From Cirrosporium novae-zelandiae (taxonomy: Eukaryota), in contig JAPETS010000005.1 of the NCBI GenBank assembly GCA_026023565.1, forward strand, positions 682,001-746,000: 64,000 nt of DNA, in the 5' to 3' direction. How positions within the stretch are numbered: position 1 is the first letter of the stretch; each line of letters starts with the position of its first letter. The notes below the pieces were generated by a model. That model was not told where the DNA came from, did no database searches, and saw only the letters and a list, made by a program, of their open reading frames with translations. Shown here in pieces: positions 37,010 to 49,900 of the stretch. The position numbers and the translations under genes were made by a program.

Positions 37010-39122
37010 ATGTCTGAATCTCCCCAAACTGCTTTGTTTGGAACCTGGAAGAGTCCTATCTCAGCCAGCTCATTGGCTGCCCAAAAAATAACCCTGGAAG
37101 AAGTTGAAGTTGATGTAAGGATGACCATAGTCCCTATCAGTTGGTTAGTACAGAACAAGGGAATCATCAGTCTGATGCATACGTCTTTTACTAGGAATCA
37201 ACAGGCAGGATTTACCACTTGGAGGAACGACCCGGCGAAGGTGGTCGAGGCTGCATCGTGGAGGATACAGGGTCTGGTCCTAAAGATGTGCTGCCCAGGG
37301 GTTTCAGTGCTAGGAGCGGAGTCCATGAATATGGAGGAGCCGCAATGAGGATTGGTCCGAATGGCCAAATTGTATTTACTGACTGGGATACCAGAGGGGT
37401 ATATTCCCTTGATCCCGACTCCGGCACCGTCACTCCGCTTTTGAAAGCAGAATCCGAACTTCGATATGCTGATTTTGACGTGCATCCATCATCGAAATGG
37501 ATACTTGCTGTTCAGGAGGATCATCGAACAGGACAGAACCTTATTGTCACCATCGACGTTACCACCAAAACTTACTCTCCGGTTGCCCAAGGTTGTGATT
37601 TTTACATGTTCCCTCAATTTAGCCCTGATGGGAAGAGTATCTGTTGGATTGAATGGAAACATCCGGGTATGCCCTGGACAGGAACCACCTTGAAAGTTGC
37701 GGGTTGGGATGATATCAAAGGCACCGTTGGAGAAGCTCTCAAGATTGCAGGGAATGAACTAACAGAAAGCATAACCCAACCGAGATGGAATAAAGACGGG
37801 AGTCTATTATTCACGAGTGATACTACCGGTTACTGGCAGCTGTATATTCTTCTGAAAGGGGAAACCAGAGCCCGACAAATCAAACTTGAGGGTTTCGATG
37901 ACGCCGAATTTGCAGAGTGTGACTGGCTGCTTGGCAGGTACGTGGAATTTCTTACCGTTAATCAAAGCAGGATATATAAAATTTAGGTGCCTAACTGACT
38001 GATTACTTTAATAGTTGTACTTATGTCCCTCTCAACTTAGAGACAGTAATAGCAGCATACACTAGAAATGCCACCAATGGATTGGTTTTGATCGATTTGA
38101 AATCAGATACATGCACAGAGCTTCACTATCCATATGTCCAGATAGAATGTAAAGCTCTCCGAAGAGTATCTAACACAAAATATGCTCTTATTGGAAGAAC
38201 CACTCTGTCTCCGCAAGAGCTCTGTCTCCTCGACGTTTCCGACCCTTCTTCAAAAGCAATTCTTAAGACGTCCATAAACATTGACTTGCCATCTTCAACA
38301 TATTCCCAGCCAGAGCACATATCTTTCCCCCGGGTCTTCGGCCAAGACCGAGGTGGGTTAAGTCATGCATTTTTCTATCCACCTTGCAACCCTGCTTACC
38401 AGGCTCCATCGTCAACCAAACCTCCCTTGATCATATATGCTCATGGTGGTCCCACGTCTCATGCTACCCCCGGGTTAAGTCTGGAATGCCAGTATTGGAC
38501 CACCCGCGGCTATGCCTATGCCCAAATTAACTATGCTGGGTCTAGTGGCTATGGGCGTGCATATCGAGACCTCCTATATGAAAACTGGGGCATTATTGAT
38601 ATTGCAGATACTGCCAGCCTCGTTGCTTACATCAATTCCACCGGCCGCGTAGACCCTACTCGCGTCGGCATCATAGGAGGTTCCGCAGGCGGATACCAGG
38701 TGCTCGAAAGCTTATGCTCATACCCGCAGTTGTGGGCCGGGGGCGTGAGTCGCTATGGCGTCAGCGCCGTTAAGCCACTTACAGAGCAAACCCACAAATT
38801 TGAAAGCCGATACATCGATTTCCTTCTTTTCGCCAACAAAGCTCTCACACCCGAAGAAAAAGACAAGATCTACAGGGAACGCAGCCCGTGCTTCCAGGCG
38901 GACAAGATCACAGCCCCACTTCTGCTTCTGCAAGGAACGGATGACTGCATCGTTCCCCCAAACCAAGTGTACAAAATGGAGCAAGTCATCAAGGAGAAAG
39001 GGGGCGATGTCAAGGTGGTTATGTTCAAGGGCGAGGGTCACGGATGGAGGATGGGGAGTACGGTACTGAAAGCAACCGAGGAGGAGGAAGCTTTTTTCAA
39101 GAGAACACTTGTCAGAGAATAG
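37010..39122 (+). CDS. S9-family (prolyl oligopeptidase/acylaminoacyl-peptidase-like) serine peptidase; introns 37115-37194 and 37938-38014
   Basis: Motifs 'FGTWKSPIS', 'RSGVHEYGG' and 'HGGPT'; nucleophile 'GGSAGGY'; Asp 'LLQGTDDCIVP'; His 'GEGHGW'. Confidence 0.92.
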
Positions 39123-41861
39123 AATGAAGGATATATATCACAAAATCGGCGTGGGTGGCTTTCTGTCATTTTTTTGGCTTCTACGGATCTCTCAACATGG
39201 ACATGGCTATGGATTAAGGCTGCCTGCTTGCTTGCATTTCTCGGGCTCTATTTTTTTTTTTTTTTTTTCATCCAATCTCAGCCCATATCAACTTCATAAT
39301 ATCATAATTTTGACTGATTGGTTGATCGATTAAATTGAAATCAACTTGATTAAATGGCTGTCTATTTGACTGGAGATGCTTTATCCTCCATTAAATACAG
39401 GTAAATGTAAATGTACACAAGGAGTCGGCTATTTTATACAGAAGGGAAATAAAAGTTAGGGATTTGGGTATATCATTTTTCCACGGTTTAATAAATCAGA
39501 AGAATTTCATTCGTCTAAATCCTTATCTATGGATAAATGTTGTATTTTGATCGAGGGCGGATAGATAAGTAATGCGGCGTTTGATAATACACTCCATGCG
39601 TATACTGTATGTAACGAATATCCTCAAAGGCCTTACCCTGTGTGCTGTCTTACAAATTGCAATGGAGATCATGAAGCGGAAGGGGACTTCAGAGTGGCCG
39701 CGTAGTTTATTATTAAATAGACTTACTTTCTGAGATCCCTTACACAGCTTTCCCGATCCTATACCTTTCATTTGACTCATCACGGTATGTCTAACCATTG
39801 TTTCTGACAGGAATATTTTCTTATTGTTGGGCTTTTTTGAAAACTAGACGGTCTATCCCTACCAAGCATATTTCGGAAACGAGCTACCTAAAAAGGAAAT
39901 GATGCTCGAATTAAAGATGGCGGCTATGTGCAGGGCGCGCATGACGAGAAAAAGATCATGTAAAAGCAGATATAGCCTAAACTATTATGTTTCAGGATAG
40001 TATATTAGACTACCACTATTTTCAAAATATAGGTATCATAGATGGACAGGCAAAGGCAAGAACAGTATTTACAAAGGATACAGTGCTCTGCCATTATCAC
40101 TATCAAAACTTTCATACGTCTCATAGCTTCTATATCAGCTTCTCCGTTGAATAATTTCTAGTCAGCTTGTCATGTCATCGGTTCTCAAATATACCGAGAC
40201 TTGCTATCAGTCTCATAGGGGTCACCGGCACCAAGACTAATAACAATGTTAACAGTAATGTCTAATAGGCGAGACTATTTTTCAATATTGAATAAATCAT
40301 AACTCATTAACTGATGTTAGTAGATTAAATATACTTTACTGGCGAAGGAAACGGTGGAGAACAAGGAGAAGTGAGAAACCGCTATTTATCCATCATGACT
40401 TAGCCAACTTAACCGAGCATAGCACATGAGTCTATCTTGACCTTGACGATTTATAACGGTTGTACTCTTCATCTCTCCCCGAATCGGACCCCCCATAAAA
40501 GATAGTGTATTCTCAACATCTATATAGGTTATCCGCCACTTTCAAGCTATACTTGGTTATAAAGAAGAAAAGATATATTCGACCAGACATTCGGCCTGGC
40601 TGTATAAAACCACCACAAAAGACTTTTATCAAAGGAGAACTGCCCAGTAACGCATGCCTATTAAAAAACTAAGGAGGTAGTTAAAGAAGGAAAATAGGTG
40701 AATGTCCCCACAAGTACACCATAGCCTAACGGATCGCTAGCAAGACTGAAAAGTGACAGCGTATAAACAGCCTATGAAAAACATATAGAAACCATCGGTT
40801 CATGTGGATGAGCTATAACGAGAGATTGAGAAACTAGATATTATTATAGGGCTTGAGAATGCTAATTTCAGGGAGCAGGAGGATGAACCAGAGCAGAGAT
40901 TAGTAGGCTTTTGAAATGGGTAGGTCTCCGGGATACCGGCCCTCCATTGCTTGCGCGTTAGGGAAGTATTTCGGCTGAAGTATCGTATGTTGCTTTGAAG
41001 CCAAATAAGTTATCAATTAATCAGTTAGATATCTGGAGATTTCTTATAAAACAGGTAATTGACGTGTTTCATCGGCGTCTCCGAATCTTACAAGTTCGGC
41101 GTATATTTGGTATTCCCGATCTCGATCTATACAATACATACATAATTACAATACGCCTCACTCAACACTAAAAGCACTTAAAGATTTAGATCAAAGAACG
41201 TTGAGTATGTTTTAATTATATGTAATAACGTTCTTATTAAGCTTACGTCCCGAGTATGTGTCGAATGTTATTTATTACTTTATTGGAGAATTCGATTATA
41301 ATATCTGTCTTGCAGCGGGACGGCGCGAAGCGGTACTGTACCTACATCACTTGGGGTGTCCACAGCAAATTTTCCATGATCCTTCAGGAATCCTTTGATA
41401 GTCTAACACAATGAATGCGCCTTGCCAACTGCTAACTAACTTGCAGCACGTGGTGGACAGTCAGTTATTCACATTAGGAAATCATGAAATTGCATTCTGT
41501 CTTTAGCTACCTAACTGATGGAGTTATGGAGGATAATGACTTGATTCTACAACAATGCTATCATTTACTACCATCGGTTCTAAACATGCATGGCAATGCT
41601 ATCCCATAGCTTCCTGTTTATGCCCAGTTTGGTATTATTTACGGGGCCTAACAATGAGATGCCCATTTCTACAGCGCTTTGAAGCTACATGGGGTCTCCC
41701 CTCTTCTAAAAAATCATCTATGTTGTGTTCATATCCCCAATCTGAAAGGCAGACAATCCTATTAGGAGTCCCGGGGGGGATATATAATGTGGGCTGTACT
41801 GTTAAATGTCTACTTGCTCTTCAGCTTTACCTATCATTACCTTCCTTGATTTTTGTTTGAG

Positions 41862-44800
41862 ATGAAGCTTTCCGTTCATTACTTGAGATTTTCTCTTACC
41901 CTTCTTACTTTCTGTCATATAGGATGGGCAGGTAGCGATGGTACATGCAGCGACGACTCTCCATGCGACACAGGATGTTGTAGCATCTAGTAAGTCATGG
42001 GCGTCCCTATTGCACAGGGTAAGGGATATTTTAGCTAACATGAGCACAGTGGTTATTGTGGATTTGGTATGGTTGCTTGATTCGAGTAGGCTAAGAACCG
42101 ACCTAATTTCTTGATTTCAGGTTCCGATTATTGCTCGGATGATTACTGTTTATCCGATTGCGATCGCAAGAGTGAATGCGACGCAGGATGGGGCTCAGAA
42201 TGGTCAGAGTCCGAAGACTGTCCATTGAACGTCTGCTGTTCGACATATGGCTTTTGCGGTAGGTCTGGAATGTGCGCGTTTATTATGAATTATATTTGAC
42301 TGTTATCTAGGAACTACCTCTGATTTTTGCGGGACTACAACCGTTACTGAACCTTGTTCGGGAACCTCCTCTAATAACCGTACTATTGGCTACTTCGAAG
42401 GATGGAACAGCGAGCGATCTTGTGGTGGTACGTGATGGCGAAATCCCTACATGATTTATTTTTGCAAATCATGAAATGAAAGAATCATCCTTCTAATTGC
42501 GTGTTTCAGTCATGGTACCAAGTGACATCCCAATCGCAGATTATACCCATATATTTTTTGCTTTTGCTTATATCGATCCCGATACGTATGAGATGGCAGA
42601 CATGGCCTCTGATGTAGGAGCTTTGTACGATGATGTTACTGCCCTGAAAGATGACAAGCCATCGCTTGAAGTCTGGATCAGCATTGGAGGTTGGACATTC
42701 AATGACAATGACACAACAACGCAACCCGTATTCTCCGATTTGGCCGCTTCTACGGATTATCAATCATCATTTTTCAGCTCTTTGACTAGTTTCATGGAAG
42801 ATCACGACTTTGATGGTGTCGATATCGATTGGGAATATCCCGTCGCCGGCGATAGGAGCGGGTCCGATGAAGATTTGGACAACTATCCAACATTTCTTCA
42901 AAACCTCCGCAGCGCTTTTGATGATGCTGGTCACGAAGGATATGGCCTGTCCATTACCCTTCCATCATCATATTATTACATGCAGAACTTCGATATTGTC
43001 AGTATTTCATCGGCCGTTGATTTCTTCAATGTCATGACATATGATCTCCATGGTATGAGACCCCCAGTCCTTCCCTCTCACCCCGAAAAATCACCAAACC
43101 ACAGAAACGTTCCGATATATGACTAATAACATTTAGGGACATGGGACGCAACGGACGGACTTGGTAGTATTGTTCAAAGCCATACGAATCTGTCGGAGAT
43201 AAAGGACGCTATGGATCTCCTGTGACGTAATGACATCGAACCCTCCCAGGTCAATATGGGTCTTGGCTTTTATGGTCGAAGTAAGAGAAATTTGTAATGA
43301 TTAAATGCAAAAACATAGCTGACGCGTTGCCCAAGGCTTTACTCTCAGTGATTCGTCATGCACTGCACCCGGTTGTGGATTCTCTTCAAGGGAGACTGCT
43401 GGATCTTGAACGGCAACCTCTGGATTTCTGTCAATTGGCGAAATTGAGGACGCTATCGCTTCTGGAGCGACCACCACATTCGATTCTGATGCTGCTGCCA
43501 TGTACGCTGTATTTGACACCGACCAGTGGGTTTCGTATGATAACAATGAAACATTGTCCCTGAAAACCGATTATGCAAATTCACTTTGTCTTGGCGGGTG
43601 AGTATCATGTTTATCATGATTTATATATTGCTGATGATAGCGCAGCACCTTAGTGTGGGCCGTCAGCTTGGATGATAGTACTACTTCGCTATCTAACACC
43701 CTTGGTAATCTCACTGGTCAATCCGCCGACGGTGGCGGTCTTGTCGACAAGGAGCCAACTGGCGATGGAGGCAGCCTGACATCAACATCCAGCTGTGAAG
43801 ATCTCGAATGTTCGTGACTGGCTCTATATTCTAAAGGAGTTACACTGACGAATCCAGCATACCAAACAAAGTGGGATGTAGACTTGAACTCAGCCATGTG
43901 GGATCTAGTAGATGCAGCCACCTACTTCCAAAGTCAGTCCTCTCCCCCCTGATTAGGATATTGCGTTGAAACCGCTTTTGCCTCTTGGAATAAGTGACTC
44001 CTGCATTAAAGTCCCTTCTAACGGTGTTTCAGGCTGGCTTTCCGACAATGCAGATGATGCGTCATCCGACATGGCATCAGCCTTTGCAAAGCCATGGGGG
44101 ATGAAGCAAAACTTCATATGCGATGCAGTGACGAACTCCTGCGACAGGCCCGACTGCAGCGACATGGAAGACCCAAGTGCAGATTATTCCGGTGCAGCTT
44201 ATATGATTATGGTTTCTATCACAAATCTCAGCCAGTATTGGGCCAAGATGTACTCGGCGCTCTCGATGTCGCAGTCTCAGTTTGCCACGTTACAACAATC
44301 CCTCCTGACCTTATTCTACCCAAATAATACTCCCGACGACACCACCTTTGACGAAATCATGAACGGTCTTACCACAGCCATGGGCATCATACCGAAATTC
44401 GGTGGGGACGCTGGGTCCGTAGCGAACACGCTCATTAGCGGTGCATCGACAGGCATGCAGAAAATTCTGACATCGGTGGATGAGACCTTGGAAAAATTGG
44501 CAGAACTCGAAGCGTAAGAGACAGCTTTTTTTTCTGGGGTCAAAATGCTTTTTATTGAACGCTAACACCTCCCCCCCTTTGTTAATCTCGTAGGGCCGAA
44601 AACACTTATTACGTAGCAGCGTTATCGCAAATTGACTATGCAAACATCGGGCTAATCGACGAATCCACGTACAACGGCACCGACATTGACGACCTGTTCG
44701 ACGAGGGCGAGTGGGTCGACTATACAGCTCTTCCCGTCCTGAACGACGATACCAGCAAGACCAAGATTACCACCACAGAGCTAAACGCATATTATTTCGA

Positions 44801-45688
44801 AATCATGGTCGCGGGAGTCGCAAACTGGTCGTGGAAGAAGCAGAATTGTTATGTCATTTCTCTCGCTATGACAAAAGATGAGTGTAAGCGCCAATCTCCC
44901 GAGATACCACTCTCCTCAACACCTTTTTTTTGCCTGCCCCCCCCTATATCATGTGAAGTTGAAACTGATGATGGATACGTTGCACCTATGCAGTCAACGA
45001 TTTAGATTCGGGTGTAGCCGAGGACGACAATTTGAAGTTATATCGTGACGGACGGGGATTATACTTCCAGTGGTACAGAACACATCCGCGTTCATCTTCA
45101 ACGTAATTCGCATCCATGATCCGTTTACGCTAACAACCCCTATTCCAGTATCAACCCACCCTCCACCGACCCAGGTTGGGAACTCTTTTACCCACCAGGC
45201 TATGATGTAAGTCCTCTCTCCCCCATTCCACCCCCACATCCACAACCGCACTCACCAAACTAACCGCCCACCTTTCCCCACCCCAGGACGTCAACGACGG
45301 CACCTACAGCTTCACAATGCAAGACGTTCTAAAATCTGTCACCGGCGGGTACAACTACACGCCCGACGCCCACCTAAGCACCTACCTCGCCGACACCGCC
45401 ACAGAGCAACTCTCCCTCTTCGACCTCGGCGTCTTCAACATGCCCCACTGCAGGCTCGGAGACTCGTTCGAGCTCTCGGCTTTTAAAACGCTGATTAAGC
45501 AGGATGTGGGCACCGAGTATACGGGTACGACTTCTGATCGGAGTAGCGCGTGCTATTGTATGGATTTGGAGGATGGGAATGGGGTGTCGTTTTCGGATAT
45601 GGTGGATATGGAGGCGTTGGAAGAGATTAATTGTGGGTCGGATTGTACGTATATTTGTACGGCGTTGAATGTTTGTACTTGTGAGTGA
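41862..45688 (+). pseudogene. Subgroup-C (killer-toxin-alpha-like) GH18 chitinase with hevein/CBM18-type Cys modules and a long C-terminal domain; 14 exons, two in-frame TGA codons (43223-43225, 43407-43409)
   Basis: Signal peptide, Cys modules 'CDTGCCSIYGYCGFGSDYC' and 'CPLNVCCSTYGFCGTTSDFC', 'SIGGW', intact catalytic 'FDGVDIDWEYP', 'MTYDLHG', 'MGLGFYGRSF', 'QWVSYD' and 'LVWAVSLD'. Stops occur in 'MDLL*RNDIEP' and 'AGS*TATSG'. Confidence 0.82.
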
Positions 45689-46936
45689 GTGAGTGGGTGA
45701 TGGGTGAGTGGGTGGGTGAGTGTGCTACTGACTGACTGATTTGTCATGTGATTCAAATGTATATATATACATACTTTATATACCCAACCAACCAACCAAC
45801 CCCAAACTTATTTAATTTTTGTATATACTTATACATACATACATACATACAACCAATCCCAAATCCAAACTAATTATCTATCCCACAAATCCCACCAAAA
45901 CCAAATCTATATATAGATATATCAAAAAGAAAAAAAAAGAGAAAAAAACAAATCCTCTCCCCCCCCAATTCAATTCTTAACTTCTTAAATAAAACATAAA
46001 ACACAATCCCTTCCTTTCTTTTAGTTTACAATAGATAGGGGATTGAGAGTGTTGTGTTGGATACCACATGTAAATACCATAAATATCAGGTTCGGGTTTG
46101 GGGTTCGGGTTCGAGTTCAATTCCCAAGAGCCAAGATGCGCTCAGCGCTCGTTAGTGATTAATTGGTTTAATCGGTCACAATGGTAATTATCTGGTATTA
46201 GTGTGTGTTCTTCTCTATGTAGGTACTAGGTGGGGGAGACCGACCGCATGGCATGGTATGGGAGAGATACCTAAAGCTCTAAATAATGAATAAGGACGAT
46301 AACCAAATTTTTTTGTTTTTTAGATATGCATTGTACTGTACATGTACACATGACAATAGAAAGAAAGATAGACATAACCTCGGCGGAGAGAGAGAGAGAG
46401 AACACATAGACTATGCATATTCATTCATTCCATTTCCATTTCCATTTTTCTATTATCCCCCTTTAAAATGTGTTTTTTTTGGTTTCTAAATTCCAAAATA
46501 AAAAGAAAAGAAGAAAGAGACGAGAATACATTCAAAAAGGCTAAGTAAGGCAACGCTCGCTCGCTCGCTTGCTTGTTTGTATAACTGCACTCATTGTCCC
46601 TGTTGCATAAAAAGCCAAAAAGGGAATAGAGGCAAAGGGGGGAAAAGACATTTGAAAAACTCGTAATTCACATCCCCTCTTGACTAAGAATATCCACGTT
46701 AAAAGGTTTTTTTCGTTCAACAGTAAGCAGCCAAGTAAAAGTCAATCATTCGCAGAACGCTTCTCACCTCCCAAAGTATTCACGACATTGTGCCCGAAAC
46801 TTTTGTATGTTCGATTGCTCGACGGCAGTTTTGTATTGCACATCCATTTCCATCCAGTCCCAAGTCAACTGGCCCGTCGGGCAGATGCCAACCCCTCTTC
46901 CCCGTTAAACCAAACCCATCATCCAAGATTGGTCAT

Positions 46937-49900
46937 TCAAAAGATTTCTTCACAACATTCCCAATTGTGCTGTTCTCTCCTTTTCCAGTATTCGCCATTA
47001 AAGGCCCAGTAATCCTCTCCTGTAACAGGATGCTTGCTCTTGCAAAACCACCTCGGGATAAATTCTTCACCCATCGCCTCTCTCACGCGTCGGGTTGCAC
47101 GCTGCTTCTCTTCCAATCGGTTCTTCTCCTCGGCAGCAAGATCGTATTCCCCATTTTCCATAGCGCGCTGGTCAGGTCGGTGGCGTGTATCCGTAGGTGC
47201 GAGGTGGGGGCGGAGGGCATCGGGGAAAGCGTTGAGCGTAAGAACGAAAGGAGTGAGATTGAAAGGGACACCCGTGGGTCGTTCATGAACTTCCCATACG
47301 AGGAAGGCTTGCGTTGAACCTGGTTGATAGCCATTACTCGAACCTTGTGGTGGCGGAGTTAGAGATCCCTCATACCCGGGGGTTAGACGAGCGTAGATCT
47401 TGTCGTTCCAGCGGCCACCCATACTCCATCGTGTGTTGCCGTCTTTATCCATAACCTTTCCGGAAACGTGGTAAGCAGAGCTGGCTTTCCAGCCACGAGG
47501 CTTGAAGTCAAGCATACAGACTTCGCCAGTATTCCAGTTCTTAATTTCCATAGGACCATAGTTGTCAATGGTGGGATTGCCGGTGATGATACCAATCACA
47601 GAGGATGTAACCTTCTTCCATGTATATATTTCCTCGCCGCCAGTTGATGGGCGCAAATGCAAGAACCAAGTACCGAGAGGATTGACGTCAAAAGATTTGC
47701 CATAGAATTTAGACTTCACCGCAGATTCTCCATAGTAATCCCATTTTGGTGATTCCGCATAAGCTGCGCCAATGGGAGGATGATGGCTGACTTGCTCAAT
47801 GAAGAATCTAAAGCCTCTATCTGGTCTGGCATATTCATAGGTCTCTCCAAGGAGGGGATTGAAGGGTTTTGCGACTCGATCAATTGTGGAAGCATATTCG
47901 CTCGCGGCAAATGCAGCAACATAGACCAAACGTTCAGTTGAGTCGGTTCTCTCGGCTGCAAGATCGAGAAGCTCGGTATATTCCATATCTTCTGCCACCC
48001 GTTGCAGGAAAGATGTTGGTTCGTTGAAAGATACTGGGAGAGTCATCTTGGTCATGTCCTTGCCAATCATGGATTTCAGAATACCCTAAATATAATTAGT
48101 AATCACATCTAGACAAGGTTGTAATTCAGCTTACCCAAAGTGAAACTTTTGGTCGATTGTCCGCATCCAAATTAAGTCGGTCACGTGGAGGGTCCTCGTA
48201 ACCATTGAAGCCGGGTTTTATCATTAATTCTTTAGTTGCCCAGGGATGTTCCAAGAGTGACTGTTCTTGCTCATTTCCATTTGGACTTGCCACCGTTGGC
48301 GGCATCTCCATGACCGTTATTTCTCCTGCATCAACGGCATCAAAGAATTCATCATCCTGTTCGGACTCGGAATCGGATATATTCGTTAGTTGTGCGAGAG
48401 TCGACTTTCTTCTATTTCCAGCATCTCGAACTGTCAAAGATCTGCGACGAGCGGATAGCAGAGCAGTTCCATCTTCATGAATCGGTATTTGTTCCAATGC
48501 TTCTGCGAACTGCTCTTCTACGTGAACTGAGGGAATGTTTGCACTCATCGGACGGCTCTCAGACTCAAGAACTTCACGTAAAACGCGTTTTGTACGCCTC
48601 CTCTTGTCTTCCGAGACTCCCATCCGGTTTTGCAATTCTTCCTGTTCTCTTGCAACGCGAGCCATACTTTCTTCCCACATCTTACGAACATCAATCTCTC
48701 GATCGAGTCTATATTGCCAATATGCATCGCGGTCGCGAGATATCTTGAGCAGATCGGTGACTAGCCCATGAAGGCTACTAACTGCCGACTCATATGCAGT
48801 AAGCGCTTGAACAATCGTTGGATCAGATATTCTTGTGTGCGGATGTGCAGCGCGTTCGGCTGATAGTGCAGCGGAAACCTGCCCAAGCAGATCTAGTTGC
48901 AGTCGTGCAGACTGGGCAGTGATATTAAATGCATCTTTATTGGCAGGCTGAATTTCATCCCTACTCGTGTCATCGCCATAATCGTCATCATCATCATCAA
49001 GATCGTCAACCATGGGTGCGCTTGGTAGTCCGGCATGGCTTGTAGTTCTGCGGTGTTCATGGGCTGGGAGACTTGCTTCGTACCCTGAAATTCTGTCGTC
49101 ACCATTGATACTTCCAGCAGCACTCTGAAAACTTTGTTTGACGCTAGTTCCCTGGTAACTAGCAGTTGTTGTTGAAGGAACGAAACCTTTACCATTGATG
49201 TTGCTGCTCTTGAGACTAGAAACATCCTGTGTTTCTTGATTAGACTGAGTTCGGTCGACTTGTTCCATGCGCGCTTGTCGTAACATATCTGCTTCTCTCA
49301 CTTTTCGTTTCTCCTCCTCTTTAGCTTCATCCTTAGCCCACTGTATAGCATTATTCAAAGCCCAATACCACCTTTTAGCTTCCACTACGTGATTTGCTTT
49401 CAAATGGTATTTAACTGAAGACTTTCCATGGATCTCAAATCTTGTCTTGTCTTGAGGATCCATGTGTAACCTGGCTATTCGCATGTTGATTGCGCCTCTA
49501 CAAGCCGAGTTTGCATCATCTGTATTGGTTAGACGCTGTTTACATATATCAAGAGCAAGTAATTACCTTGATGTTTATAATAGCTCAGGACTCCATCTTC
49601 AAGTACAAACCATCTCAGCTTATACCCGCTCGTATAATTGGTCCATTTTTTCAAGTAGCCTTTCATTTCGCGGCCTTCTCGACCTCCAGGAGCACCACCC
49701 TCAGATACTCCGGTGGACGCAGAAAGATTATAAACGTTTCCCATAACAGCCTTTTCTTGTATACCATTTCGAGCTACCGCTGCAGCCGGTGACCGTTTGA
49801 GAATGCCACGGGTTTTGTCGTCTTTAGTGACATCTTGAGGTAGTTTTCCTTTTCGATCACGACGAAATGGATCTGCACCATGCATCAAAAGGAGCTGTAT

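Noticed and set aside
43223..43409. Genome-wide UGA reassignment or selenocysteine as the explanation for the chitinase stops
   Set aside because: TGA ends COY1, LSM7, BNA6 and the chitinase itself at the expected C-termini. I saw no internal TGA in the other genes, and Dikarya are not known to have Sec machinery.
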